From assembly GCA_902628045.1 (NCBI GenBank), contig CACOLU010000004.1, positions 8,665-72,664 of the forward strand: 64,000 bases of DNA, read 5' to 3'. The DNA comes from an uncultured Candidatus Actinomarina sp. Lineage in GTDB: Bacteria > Actinomycetota > Acidimicrobiia > Actinomarinales > Actinomarinaceae. The notes beneath the pieces were generated by a model. It ran no database searches. It was not told the DNA's origin and worked only from the letters and a program-made list of their open reading frames with translations. Shown one piece after another: positions 19,681 through 30,239 of this stretch (its first letter is position 1; each line of letters opens with the position of its first letter). Position numbers and translations under genes: made by a program.

Positions 19681-22161
19681 ATGTTTGAAAGATTTACAGA
19701 TAGAGCTCGAAGAGTTGTTGTTTTAGCACAAGAAGAAGCTAGGAGACTCAATCATAATTACATTGGCACAGAACACATACTTCTTGGTTTAATTCAAGAA
19801 GGCGAGGGTCATGCCGCAAAAGCTTTAGAAGAATTAAACATAAATATAGATAGTGTCAGATCTGAAGTTGTTGAAATTATTGGGGAAGGCCAACAATCAC
19901 CAAGTGGGCATATACCTTTTACGCCTAGAGCAAAAAAAGTTCTAGAGCTTTCATTACGTGAAGCTTTGCAACTTGGACATAATTACATTGGCACGGAGCA
20001 TATTCTTCTTGGGTTGATTCGTGAAGGAGAGGGTGTTGCTGCTCAAGTTCTTAAAAAATTAGGTGCTGAATTATCTCAAGTTAGACAAACTGTAATCAAA
20101 TTAATTTCATCCGCAGGTGAAAGTAAAAAACAACAAGCAGCATCTACCGGAGGTAGAGAAAGACCTGGTTCAGGAACAGGCTCAGCTATTTTGGATCAAT
20201 TTGGACGAAATCTTACAAGAATGGCAAAGGAAGGTAAACTCGATCCGGTTATTGGTAGGACAACAGAGATTGAAAGAGTAATGCAAATACTCTCTAGAAG
20301 AACAAAAAACAATCCTGTATTAATTGGTGAACCAGGTGTTGGTAAAACAGCAATTGTTGAAGGTTTAGCACAGAAAATAGTTTCAGGAGACGTCCCGGTA
20401 ACTTTGGAAGGTAAACAAATTTATACGCTAGATTTATCTGCTTTGGTTGCAGGATCTAGATACAGAGGAGATTTTGAAGAGCGTCTTAAGAAAGTTTTAA
20501 AGGAAATAAAAACAAGAGGGGACATTGTATTATTCATAGATGAAATTCATACGCTTGTTGGTGCTGGAGCAGCTGAAGGAGCGATTGATGCCGCCTCAAT
20601 TTTGAAACCAATGTTAGCAAGAGGAGAACTTCAAACAATAGGTGCCACAACACTTGAAGAGTTTAGAAAGCATTTTGAAAAAGATGCAGCACTTGAAAGA
20701 AGATTCCAGTCTGTACAAGTAGATGAGCCTAAACTTTCAGATGCTATAGAAATTCTAGATGGATTAAAAGATAGGTATGAAGTACATCATGGAGTCAGGT
20801 TTACCGATCAAGCTATTGCTTCTGCTGTAAATATGGCAGATCGCTATATATCCGATAGATTTTTACCTGACAAAGCTATAGATTTAATTGACGAAGCAGG
20901 TAGTCGTATGAGAGTCTATAAAAAACCTCTTGAGCAGGACAAACAAGAAATAGCTGACAAGCTTAAGAATTTAAGAGAACAAAAAATTGATGCTGTTCAA
21001 TCACAACTTTATGAAAAAGCTGCACAAATAAGAGACCAAGAAAAACTCTTACTTGATGAAGTTAATACGATAGATTCATCATCTGCTTCTGAAATTGAAA
21101 TGGTTATTGATGAAGAAGAGATTGCAGAAGTCTTAGCACAGTGGACAGGCATTCCAGTTCATAGACTTACTCAAGAAGAAACAGCTAGATTGTTAGAAAT
21201 GGAAATAGAGTTACATAAAAGAATTGTCGGTCAAAATGAAGCAATTGCTGCTGTTTCAAAAGCTATACGAAGAACAAGATCGGGATTGAAAGACCCTAAA
21301 AGACCATCAGGATCCTTTATATTTTTGGGTCCTTCTGGAGTTGGTAAAACCGAGACTGCAAAAGCTTTAGCTGAGTTTCTTTTTGGTGATGAAGATTCAT
21401 TAATACAAATTGATATGTCTGAGTATATGGAAAAACATACAGTCAGCAGGTTAATTGGTTCACCACCTGGTTATGTAGGTTATGATGAAGGTGGCCAACT
21501 TACAGAAGCTGTAAGAAGAAAACCATTTAGTATTGTTCTTCTTGACGAGGTAGAAAAAGCACACCCTGACGTTTTTAATACACTTCTTCAAATTTTAGAA
21601 GACGGAAGGTTAACAGATGCTCAAGGAAGAACTGTTGATTTTAAAAATACAATAATAATTATGACTTCTAACTTGGGTACAAAAGATATTGCTAAGAACG
21701 TTGGGTTTAGTAGCTTGAGTGAAATTGATAATTATGAAAAGATGAAATCAAAAGTTAATGAAGAGCTAAAAAGATATTTTAGACCTGAATTCTTAAATAG
21801 AATTGATGAAACAATTGTATTCCATGAACTAACAATTGATGAAGTTAAAGAAATAGTAGATCTAATGCTTGATAGAGTCCATACTCAACTTAAAAATTCT
21901 GACATAGAAATTGTACTATCTGATGAAGCAAAAGAATTTTTAGCTACAGAAGGATATGATAGAGAATTTGGAGCAAGACCTTTAAGAAGGTCTATACAAA
22001 GGTTGCTTGAAGACCCTCTTTCAGAAGAACTTTTAAAAGGTAAATACAAAGCAGGTTCAACAATTATTATTTCTTTAAACAAAGACGACAATACTTTAGA
22101 GTTTGAATCAGTGGAAGCTCCAGATGAACCACCTGTCGACTTTGTAGATTCTGAATCATAA
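19681..22161 (+). CDS. clpC: ATP-dependent Clp protease ATP-binding subunit ClpC
   Basis: [13 protein letters not shown]-domain repeats, two AAA+ modules ([16 protein letters not shown]), 826 aa. Confidence 0.95.
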   Translation: MFERFTDRARRVVVLAQEEARRLNHNYIGTEHILLGLIQEGEGHAAKALEELNINIDSVRSEVVEIIGEGQQSPSGHIPFTPRAKKVLELSLREALQLGHNYIGTEHILLGLIREGEGVAAQVLKKLGAELSQVRQTVIKLISSAGESKKQQAASTGGRERPGSGTGSAILDQFGRNLTRMAKEGKLDPVIGRTTEIERVMQILSRRTKNNPVLIGEPGVGKTAIVEGLAQKIVSGDVPVTLEGKQIYTLDLSALVAGSRYRGDFEERLKKVLKEIKTRGDIVLFIDEIHTLVGAGAAEGAIDAASILKPMLARGELQTIGATTLEEFRKHFEKDAALERRFQSVQVDEPKLSDAIEILDGLKDRYEVHHGVRFTDQAIASAVNMADRYISDRFLPDKAIDLIDEAGSRMRVYKKPLEQDKQEIADKLKNLREQKIDAVQSQLYEKAAQIRDQEKLLLDEVNTIDSSSASEIEMVIDEEEIAEVLAQWTGIPVHRLTQEETARLLEMEIELHKRIVGQNEAIAAVSKAIRRTRSGLKDPKRPSGSFIFLGPSGVGKTETAKALAEFLFGDEDSLIQIDMSEYMEKHTVSRLIGSPPGYVGYDEGGQLTEAVRRKPFSIVLLDEVEKAHPDVFNTLLQILEDGRLTDAQGRTVDFKNTIIIMTSNLGTKDIAKNVGFSSLSEIDNYEKMKSKVNEELKRYFRPEFLNRIDETIVFHELTIDEVKEIVDLMLDRVHTQLKNSDIEIVLSDEAKEFLATEGYDREFGARPLRRSIQRLLEDPLSEELLKGKYKAGSTIIISLNKDDNTLEFESVEAPDEPPVDFVDSES

Positions 22162-22179
22162 AAACACTAAACTAGTTAA

Positions 22180-23112
22180 ATGAAATTCATTATTGATACT
22201 GATCCTGGTACTGATGATGCTGTAGCAATTCTAATTGCTTTAGCACACTTTAAGGACGAAGAGCTCCTTGCGATAACTACAGTCGCTGGAAATGTTGGAG
22301 TTGATGTTGGAACAAGAAATGCTCTTAGAATTTTAGATCATGCTAACAGAAATAATATTCCGGTTTACAAAGGAGAGGCAGAGCCTTTGAATAGAGATTT
22401 ACTTACTGCAGAATGGGTTCACGGTACAGATGGACTTAATGGAGTAGGGTTTCCAGAGCCTTCAAAAAGTGAGGAATCTATCGGTGCAGTTGATTACATC
22501 AAAAGATTATTACATGATAGTGATGAAAAAATAACTATCTGTGTTTTGGGCCCGATGACAAATATTGCAAAAGTTTTAGGTTCCAATCCTGAGTTAGCAG
22601 AAAATATTGAGCAAATAATATTTATGGGCGGTGGAGCAGGATTTGGAAATCACACTCCAGTTGCTGAGTTTAATATTTTGGTCGATCCTGAAGCTGCAAA
22701 AATTGTTTTGAATTCAGGAGCAAAGCTTGTCATGATGGGATTAGATGTTACACACCAAGCAATTTCTACAAAAGAAAGATTAAACGCAATACACGAAACA
22801 GGTACGGTTACTGGAAAACACTTAGTAGGTTTGATGGGTTCGTTAGCAGATTTAGAAATAGTTAAACAGAAGTTTCCGGATGGTACACCAGTGCATGACG
22901 CATTCGTTACTGCTTACTTAGTTGACACTTCTTTAACTACTGGAGAAATTACAAATGTTGAAGTTGAGGTTGATTCTGAGTTGACACTTGGACAAACTGT
23001 GGTTGATATAAATCATATTTCTGGGAGGAATAAAAATGTTCACTGGATGAACAAAGTTGATGACGAAAAATTATTTACTATAATAACAAATACCTCAAAA
23101 CTTCTCCCGTAA
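22180..23112 (+). CDS. Nucleoside hydrolase (inosine/uridine-preferring family)
   Basis: N-terminal DTDPGTDDAVA Ca-binding aspartate cluster. Confidence 0.85.
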   Translation: MKFIIDTDPGTDDAVAILIALAHFKDEELLAITTVAGNVGVDVGTRNALRILDHANRNNIPVYKGEAEPLNRDLLTAEWVHGTDGLNGVGFPEPSKSEESIGAVDYIKRLLHDSDEKITICVLGPMTNIAKVLGSNPELAENIEQIIFMGGGAGFGNHTPVAEFNILVDPEAAKIVLNSGAKLVMMGLDVTHQAISTKERLNAIHETGTVTGKHLVGLMGSLADLEIVKQKFPDGTPVHDAFVTAYLVDTSLTTGEITNVEVEVDSELTLGQTVVDINHISGRNKNVHWMNKVDDEKLFTIITNTSKLLP

Positions 23113-23203
23113 AATAAAATTTTTACTTTCATACAAACGACACTTTTTTCAAATTCAGATATAATTTAATAAATCATTATTTAAATAATGAAGGAGTAAA
23201 TTA

Positions 23204-24325
23204 ATGATCACTAAAAAGAAATCCGTTTTTGTACTTCTGTCATTGATGTTGATTTTGTCTGCCTGTGGTGGCAGTTCAGAATCAACTACTGAAGAGGTTG
23301 CAGAACCAGCAGCAGAGGAGTCTCTTGATGCTCCAGCTACTACTGCAGCACCTGCAGAAGAGCCAGAAGCAGAAGCGTTAAAAGTGGGTATAGTTCTCGG
23401 ACCATTAGGTGACCTTTCCTTCATGGACTCCGCTAAAAGAGGCTACGATAAAGCTGTAGCTGAACTTGGCATTGATGGAGACTATGTTGAGACTGAGCCT
23501 AGTGAAAGAGCAGCAGCTATCCAAAACTTTTTGGCTGACGGGAAAGAAATGATTATTACAATCGGTTTCTCAGAAGCTGAAATCACAAAAGAAGCTGCAC
23601 TTGCTAACCCGGGTGTACAATTTGCAATTGTTGATATGGTTGTAACAGCAGACAATGGAGATCTACTTCCAAATGTCCAAAACTTAATCTTTAAAGAACA
23701 CGAAGGTTCATTTGAAGTTGGTTACATTGCTGGAAAACTTTCAAAAACTGGCAAAGTTGCATTTATGGGTGGTATGGACGTTCCAATTATTAGAAAATTC
23801 CAAACAGGTTGGGAAGAGGGCGCTAGATACGCAAATCCCGACATAGAGTTCTGTGATGGATATGCTGGTAGTTGGGGAGATCCTGCTAAAGGTAAAGAAA
23901 TTGGTTTAGCTTGTTTTGAAGCTGGTGCAGATATTATTTTCGCAGCTGGTGGATCTACAGGTAACGGAGCTTATGAAGCTGCGGCTGAAACAGGAAACTT
24001 TGCAATTGGTGTTGACTCAAATCAAGACTACGTGCAACCTGGAACAATGATTACATCAATGATGAAGAACGTAGACTTTGCAGTTTACACAGCTATCGCT
24101 GATAGAATCGCAGCTGGTGCAGTATTAAGCACAATTAATTCATATGGATCTGCAGAAAATGGTGTAGGACCAACATGGTTAGTTGACGGCTCAACACTCT
24201 TTGCTGATGAAGGACCTGCTGACATGGCATCTCAAGTCGCAGCCTTAATCGATGAAGTAGCTGATGTTAGAGCTAAAATTATTTCTGGTGAAATCGTTGT
24301 TACAGACGTAACAGCTGGTGGTTAA
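23204..24325 (+). CDS. BMP-family (PnrA-like) nucleoside-binding ABC substrate-binding lipoprotein
   Basis: Lipobox LSACGG, Ala/Glu/Thr-rich linker, BMP-family fold pattern. Confidence 0.8.
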   Translation: MITKKKSVFVLLSLMLILSACGGSSESTTEEVAEPAAEESLDAPATTAAPAEEPEAEALKVGIVLGPLGDLSFMDSAKRGYDKAVAELGIDGDYVETEPSERAAAIQNFLADGKEMIITIGFSEAEITKEAALANPGVQFAIVDMVVTADNGDLLPNVQNLIFKEHEGSFEVGYIAGKLSKTGKVAFMGGMDVPIIRKFQTGWEEGARYANPDIEFCDGYAGSWGDPAKGKEIGLACFEAGADIIFAAGGSTGNGAYEAAAETGNFAIGVDSNQDYVQPGTMITSMMKNVDFAVYTAIADRIAAGAVLSTINSYGSAENGVGPTWLVDGSTLFADEGPADMASQVAALIDEVADVRAKIISGEIVVTDVTAGG

Positions 24326-24353
24326 TAGCCAAACTCACTAGACAAAAATTTAA

Positions 24354-24385
24354 TTTAGCCCGACCTAGGTCGGGCTAAATTATTA
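24354..24385 (+). terminator. Hairpin TTTAGCCCGACC/GGTCGGGCTAAA after the substrate-binding protein gene (partial terminator/attenuator within the operon)
   Basis: 12-bp perfect inverted repeat with a 2-nt loop, followed by an AT-rich tract. Confidence 0.55.
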
Positions 24386-24412
24386 ATATGATATAAAATA
24401 AAATTTTTCAAA

Positions 24413-25930
24413 ATGAGTAAAGACATAGCAATACATTTAAAAAATATCACAAAAGAGTATCCAGGTGTAGTCGCTAATAAAAATGTTGATTTCCAAGTTT
24501 TCAAAGGTGAGATTCATGCCTTAGTTGGTGAAAATGGTGCAGGTAAATCAACTCTCATGAAAATACTTTATGGGATAGAACAGCCTGATGAGGGTGAGAT
24601 ATTAATTAATGGAGAATTAGAACAAATTAACAAAGTTGAAACTGCTATAAATCTTGGAATTGGCATGGTTCATCAAGAATTTACCCTTGTACCAAGTTTT
24701 ACTGCTCCTGAGAACATTGGATTAGGTCAAGAGCCAAGAAATAGCCAAGGAATTATCGATTGGAAGGGATTAAACAAATTAGTTGTAGATATTGCTGAAA
24801 AATATGGATTTAAAGTTGATCCTAGTTTGAAAATGATAGACGCTTCTGTTGGAGTTCAACAGCGAACAGAAATATTAAAAACCCTTTACAGAAATGCAAA
24901 TATTTTGATTTTAGACGAACCTACTGCGGTACTGACACCTCAAGAAACTGATGAACTATTTACAGTTATAAGAACTTTAGTTGATGAGGGAAAAACTGTA
25001 GTTTTTATTACCCACAAACTGAGAGAAGTGATGGAGATAGCAGACCGGGTTACTGTAATGAGAGCAGGAGAAGTACAAGGAGTTTCTGAAACTAAAAATA
25101 CTTCAATTGCCGAATTGGCTTCTCAGATGGTTGGAAGAGAAGTTTTTTTACAAGTAAAAAAAGATGAAGCGAAACCCGAAGAAGAAATTTTAAATGTAGA
25201 AGACTTGTGGGTTCATGATGCCAGAGGGTTATTAGCAGTAAAAGGAGTAAGTTTAAACATTCGAAAAGGTGAGATAGTAGGAATAGCTGGAGTAGAAGGA
25301 AATGGTCAATCAGAATTAGTTGAAGCTTTGACTGGATTAAGAAAAACTAGTCAAGGTAGTATAAATTACCTAGGTGAGAATATTGCTTCAAGCAGTCCAA
25401 AAAATATTCGAAGGAAAAAAATTGCTCATATACCTGAAGACAGAACAAACACTGGGTTAAATACACAATTAAGTATATGGGAAAACTTAATAGGTAATTC
25501 CTACTTTAGAAAACCATTATCAACGAATGGTATTTTTAATCTTAAGAAAATTGCTATGCACTCTAACAAGCTAAAAGAAGATTTTGATATTAGAGCACCA
25601 AATATTTCCTTAAAGGTAAAGTCTCTTTCAGGAGGAAATCAACAAAAAGTTGTTGTTGCTCGAGAATTATCTGAAGATCCTATATTAACTATTGCCTCCC
25701 AACCTACAAGGGGAGTTGACATAGGAAATATTGAGGCGATACATGAACAACTTGTACAAATGAGAGACGACGGTGGTGCTGTGCTTTTGGTGTCAGCTGA
25801 ATTAGATGAAGTAATGGCGGTTGCTGATAGAGTCGGTGTAATGTATGAGGGACAAATAGTAAAATGGGTAAACCCTAAAGAAGTTGATCAGTCACAGATG
25901 GGACTTTATATGGCAGGGATCAAAGATTAA
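24413..25930 (+). CDS. Nucleoside ABC transporter ATP-binding protein (duplicated NBD)
   Basis: Two Walker A/signature sets (GENGAGKST, LSGGNQQK); 505 aa. Confidence 0.85.
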   Translation: MSKDIAIHLKNITKEYPGVVANKNVDFQVFKGEIHALVGENGAGKSTLMKILYGIEQPDEGEILINGELEQINKVETAINLGIGMVHQEFTLVPSFTAPENIGLGQEPRNSQGIIDWKGLNKLVVDIAEKYGFKVDPSLKMIDASVGVQQRTEILKTLYRNANILILDEPTAVLTPQETDELFTVIRTLVDEGKTVVFITHKLREVMEIADRVTVMRAGEVQGVSETKNTSIAELASQMVGREVFLQVKKDEAKPEEEILNVEDLWVHDARGLLAVKGVSLNIRKGEIVGIAGVEGNGQSELVEALTGLRKTSQGSINYLGENIASSSPKNIRRKKIAHIPEDRTNTGLNTQLSIWENLIGNSYFRKPLSTNGIFNLKKIAMHSNKLKEDFDIRAPNISLKVKSLSGGNQQKVVVARELSEDPILTIASQPTRGVDIGNIEAIHEQLVQMRDDGGAVLLVSAELDEVMAVADRVGVMYEGQIVKWVNPKEVDQSQMGLYMAGIKD

Positions 25931-27012
25931 TGGAAAAATTTTCATTTAAAGATGTATTAGTTACTTTTGCAGGATTACTAATAACTGCTTTTATTGCATG
26001 GGTTTTAATATCTGCAACAGGTAACAACCCCTCTGAAGTTGCTTTATATTTATATGAAGGAGGCTTTAAGGGTACAAGAAATATAGCAAACTCTCTATAT
26101 CAAGCAACTCCATTAATTTTGACGGCAGTTGCAACACTTATTTCTTTTAGAGTTGGAATGTTTAATATTGGCATTAATGGCTCTATGTATGTAGGAGCAC
26201 TTTATGCAGGTTGGGCAGGATATAAATTTACTACGCTTGGACACTTTACACATGTAACAGTTTGTATATTAATTGGAATGCTAGTCGGCGCAGCTTGGAT
26301 GCTCTTGCCAGCTTTGTTGAGAGTTTACGCTGGAGTTAGTGAAATTATTTCTACAATTATCTTAAATTTCGTGGCTGTTTTATTTGTTTCATATATGGCT
26401 AACGGTCCTTTTAGAGCAGACCCAATAGCTCCTGCAACACCTAGAATTTTAGAAACAGCTGAACTTAAACAAATATTTCCTAACTCTCAATTCAATACAG
26501 GATTTTTTATTGCAGTTTTTGTTGCAATTCTTGCTCATTTTGTACTTAACAAAACAACGTTTGGATATGAGTTACGCTCTGGTGGAGATGGCTTAGTTGG
26601 AATGTATCCATCTAGATTTAGTTCATATCTTGGTATTCCATCAGATAGATCTGCAATAATTGGAATGTTGATTTCAGGTGCTTTGGGAGGGTTAGCTGGA
26701 GCAATAGAAGTTTTGGGTGCTGTAAGATACTTTTTTCAAGAACTTGAGTTTAATCAAGGATTTGATGGAATATTAATTGGCATACTTGGAAAACTAGAAC
26801 CAATAGGGTCTGTAATTGCATCTTTATTTTATGGTGCGATTAAAAATGGTGGATTTTACGTTGATTACAAGACTGATGTTTCAAGAGAAATAATAATAGT
26901 TTTAATTTCAATATTAATTTTCTTTGTAAGCGCACAAAAAATGGTAAAGGGATTAGAAAAATATCCGTTTATTAAAAAATTGGATAATTTCTTTTCAAGG
27001 AAGAAGATGTAA
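25930..27012 (+). CDS. ABC transporter permease (BMP-type nucleoside uptake)
   Basis: Polytopic membrane protein, operon position. Confidence 0.75.
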   Translation: MEKFSFKDVLVTFAGLLITAFIAWVLISATGNNPSEVALYLYEGGFKGTRNIANSLYQATPLILTAVATLISFRVGMFNIGINGSMYVGALYAGWAGYKFTTLGHFTHVTVCILIGMLVGAAWMLLPALLRVYAGVSEIISTIILNFVAVLFVSYMANGPFRADPIAPATPRILETAELKQIFPNSQFNTGFFIAVFVAILAHFVLNKTTFGYELRSGGDGLVGMYPSRFSSYLGIPSDRSAIIGMLISGALGGLAGAIEVLGAVRYFFQELEFNQGFDGILIGILGKLEPIGSVIASLFYGAIKNGGFYVDYKTDVSREIIIVLISILIFFVSAQKMVKGLEKYPFIKKLDNFFSRKKM

Positions 27013-27947
27013 TGGAATGGATTGAGATATTTGACTTATCAATCTTTAGAAGTCTTCTAAGATCAACAGCTCCTATAGCCATTGTTGGTATGGCTGCTGC
27101 GATGTGTTCCGCAGCTGGTGTGTTAAATATTGGACTTGAAGGCAAAATGCTAAATGCTGCATTTGCAGGAGTATATGCTAGTTATACATTTGAGAGCGTT
27201 TGGGCTGGTTTTACTGCCGGAATAATTGCTGGCTTACTAACAGCTGCTTTGTTTGGCTTACTATCTTTTACTTTGGGAGCGGATGAGGTCCTGGCAGGTT
27301 TAGCCATTAACATATTTGCTTTAGCTGGTACAACTTATTTAATGCGGACAATTTTTGGACAAGCTGGATTTTTCTCTGATCCAAGAATTGTTGGTTTTGA
27401 ACCAATTAGTGTTCCGTTTTTACGTGGAACATTCTTAGAGCCATTCTTGTCTGACTTTACATACTCAGTTTATTTAATGTTTGTTTTGGCAATTTTACTT
27501 CATACTGTTTACTACAGAACAAGACTTGGAACAGCAATTAGAGCAACAGGAGAAAACCCTGAGGCAGCAGAAGATGCTGGAATAAATACTGTAAGAATTA
27601 AATGGATGGTCACTGTATTTTCAGGATTATTAGCAGGCATCTCTGGTATTTTTCTATCTTTAGAAAACCTAACAATGTTTACTGAAGGAATGTCAGCTGG
27701 TAAAGGATATATAGGCCTTGTTGCTTCATCATTTGGAAACAATACACCTTTTGGAACGTTCGGAGCAAGTTTATTTTTTGGTTTGGGTGATGCTATCGGA
27801 ATAAGACTTCAGGGTGTTTATGAACTCGATTCTAGATTAATTCTTATGATTCCTTATGCTTTGACTGTTGTTGTTTTGATACTTATTGGGATCAGACAAA
27901 GACTAAGAGTCAGACCAGTTCCTATTAACGAAAGTTCAATTGAGTAG
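27012..27947 (+). CDS. ABC transporter permease (second subunit)
   Basis: Polytopic membrane protein, overlaps upstream stop. Confidence 0.75.
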   Translation: MEWIEIFDLSIFRSLLRSTAPIAIVGMAAAMCSAAGVLNIGLEGKMLNAAFAGVYASYTFESVWAGFTAGIIAGLLTAALFGLLSFTLGADEVLAGLAINIFALAGTTYLMRTIFGQAGFFSDPRIVGFEPISVPFLRGTFLEPFLSDFTYSVYLMFVLAILLHTVYYRTRLGTAIRATGENPEAAEDAGINTVRIKWMVTVFSGLLAGISGIFLSLENLTMFTEGMSAGKGYIGLVASSFGNNTPFGTFGASLFFGLGDAIGIRLQGVYELDSRLILMIPYALTVVVLILIGIRQRLRVRPVPINESSIE

Positions 27948-29262
27948 CCTGCAATACTTTTCGGCTAAATATATTGTAGAAGATTCAACACATTTACATA
28001 AAGACTCAGTTCTGATTGTTGAAGGTGATTTAATTCAAGATATTGTACATATTGAATCATTACCTGAGAAAAAACCAGAGAATTTTAATGAACTCGGAGA
28101 AGTTATTATTAGCCCCGGGTTTACTAACGCGCATTCGCATGTAGCGCTAAATTCTGTCAAAGGCTTAGGTTATGGAGGTGCAAGTGCACTATACGATGTG
28201 ATGTGGGGTATTGAACCTGCTTTAGACGATGATTTAGTTTATAAACTCTCCTTATTAGGAATGATGGATGCAATATCTTCCGGTACAACCTCTATTAATG
28301 ATCATTACTTTTTTGCTGATTCTGTTGCAAAAGCATGTGAAAGGATTGGCATAAGAGGATTTATTGGGCACACAATTATGACTGAATATGGTCCATGGAC
28401 AGGCAATGAACAAATCAGCCTAGCAAAGTCATTTAATAATAATTGGAAAAATTCTAAAACAGTTCACCCAATTGTTGCACCGCATGAAACTTCAACAGTT
28501 AGCCCAAAAGTTCTAAAAGAATTGAGTAACTATGCGTTAGAAAATAATTTATTAACACATATTCACTTAGCTCAAACACAAAAAGAAATGGAATATATAA
28601 AAACTAATTTTGAAACTTCCCCTATAAAACATGCATATAATCTTGGAATATTGAATGAAAAAGTAATAGCTGCTCATTGCAATGTTGTAGAAGATGGAGA
28701 TCTAGAGTTACTTGCAGAGTCAAAAGCTTTTCCGGTTTTTTGTCCAACAACTCACGGAATAGCTGGAAAACCAATGAATACAAACTTATTGTCAGAATTA
28801 AATGTTGATTGGGGAATAGGAACAGATTGTTCAGGAGGTAACGATGACTATGACATGTTAGAAGAAATGAGAACTGCATTAGTCTTGAATAATTCTGTAG
28901 CCAAAAAAGATTTCATTAAACCAAAAGAAGTATTTAGAAAAGCCAGTGAGGAAAATGTTAAAAGAATATCTGGGGGTGCATTTTCAGGCAAATTATCAAA
29001 AAATCAAAAAGCAGACTTTATAACAGTATTAATTAATACGCCTAGGATGCTTCCATTGCATGATGTTGTTAATAATATAGTAATGTGTGCTTCATCTAAA
29101 GAAATTAATGACGTATATATTGACGGAAAGTGTGTTTTAAAAAATTCAAAATTCCAACAAATAGATGAACAAGCAGTTTTAGAAGATGGAATGGATGCTT
29201 TAAATAAAATATTTGTAAAAACAGGTTTTGATAAAAAAATTTTGGAAGGTGACTTTTTATAG
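27940..29262 (+). CDS. Amidohydrolase-family deaminase (guanine deaminase / MTA-SAH deaminase-like)
   Basis: HxH metal motif NAHSHVA, downstream His/Asp ligands; 440 aa. Confidence 0.7.
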   Translation: MSSLQYFSAKYIVEDSTHLHKDSVLIVEGDLIQDIVHIESLPEKKPENFNELGEVIISPGFTNAHSHVALNSVKGLGYGGASALYDVMWGIEPALDDDLVYKLSLLGMMDAISSGTTSINDHYFFADSVAKACERIGIRGFIGHTIMTEYGPWTGNEQISLAKSFNNNWKNSKTVHPIVAPHETSTVSPKVLKELSNYALENNLLTHIHLAQTQKEMEYIKTNFETSPIKHAYNLGILNEKVIAAHCNVVEDGDLELLAESKAFPVFCPTTHGIAGKPMNTNLLSELNVDWGIGTDCSGGNDDYDMLEEMRTALVLNNSVAKKDFIKPKEVFRKASEENVKRISGGAFSGKLSKNQKADFITVLINTPRMLPLHDVVNNIVMCASSKEINDVYIDGKCVLKNSKFQQIDEQAVLEDGMDALNKIFVKTGFDKKILEGDFL

Positions 29263-30239
29263 TGGAGTTTTCAGCCTTACATGAACATCTTGATGGCGGA
29301 TTAAGAGCAAAAACAATTATTGATATAGCTACTTCGAAAAATATAGATTTACCTTTGGATGATGAAAAAGATTTAGAAAATTGGTTTTTTGAAAATATTT
29401 CAACTGAAAAAAATCAAGTATTTAAAAAATTTGAGATGACAATTTCAGTCATGCAAGACACAGATGCAATCCATAGAGTTGCATATGAAGCAATAGAGGA
29501 CTTGGTTCTTGACGGTGTTTTATATGGTGAATTGAGATATGCTCCCTTACAGCATCTTAAAGAAAAACTCTCACCCCAACAAGTAATAGACGCTGTTTCA
29601 CAGGGAGTTAGAGATGGTGAAAAAGATTTTGGTGGAGAGTTTCATACTATTTTGTGTGCAATGCGGCAACATCAAGACTCTACAGAAGTTGCTAAGCTTG
29701 CAATCGATAATTTTAATAATAAAGTTATAGGATTTGATCTTGCTGGACCAGAATATAATTTTCCACCTTCTTTACATAAAGATGCCTGTAATTTAATTTC
29801 AGAATCTGACATAGGACTTACGATACATGCAGGAGAAGCAGCAGACATATCGTATATTGAAGATGCAGTCTTTAATTGCCAAGCACAGAGGATAGGACAT
29901 GGCTGGCAAATTATTGAGGGTTGTATATTTAAAAATGGTCAATATATACCAAATTCTAAAATTGCTCAACATGTATTAGATCATGAAGTCCCTTTAGAAA
30001 TTTGTATTTCTTCAAATGTTAAATCTGGTGCAAGTTCAGTAAGCATTGATAATCATCCGGCTATAAAGCTACTGAAATCTGGGTTTAAGGTAACGCTAAA
30101 TTCAGATAATCGATTAATGGCAAAAACAAAGATTTCCGAGGAATTTAAAAAAGCTGAAAATTATTTAGAGTTAGATGGAAATTTACACAGTCAACTTGTA
30201 AAGAATGCTATTGATGCAAGATTTACAAATCTAAAATAG
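29262..30239 (+). CDS. add: Adenosine deaminase
   Basis: HEHLDGGL and TIHAGEA motifs; GTG start overlapping upstream stop. Confidence 0.8.
   Translation: MEFSALHEHLDGGLRAKTIIDIATSKNIDLPLDDEKDLENWFFENISTEKNQVFKKFEMTISVMQDTDAIHRVAYEAIEDLVLDGVLYGELRYAPLQHLKEKLSPQQVIDAVSQGVRDGEKDFGGEFHTILCAMRQHQDSTEVAKLAIDNFNNKVIGFDLAGPEYNFPPSLHKDACNLISESDIGLTIHAGEAADISYIEDAVFNCQAQRIGHGWQIIEGCIFKNGQYIPNSKIAQHVLDHEVPLEICISSNVKSGASSVSIDNHPAIKLLKSGFKVTLNSDNRLMAKTKISEEFKKAENYLELDGNLHSQLVKNAIDARFTNLK

Noticed and set aside
23155-23424. 89-aa minus-strand ORF rich in Ala/Ser/Gly overlapping the start of the BMP lipoprotein gene
   Set aside because: Its composition is the mirror image of the Ala/Glu/Thr linker of the plus-strand lipoprotein; no independent start context.
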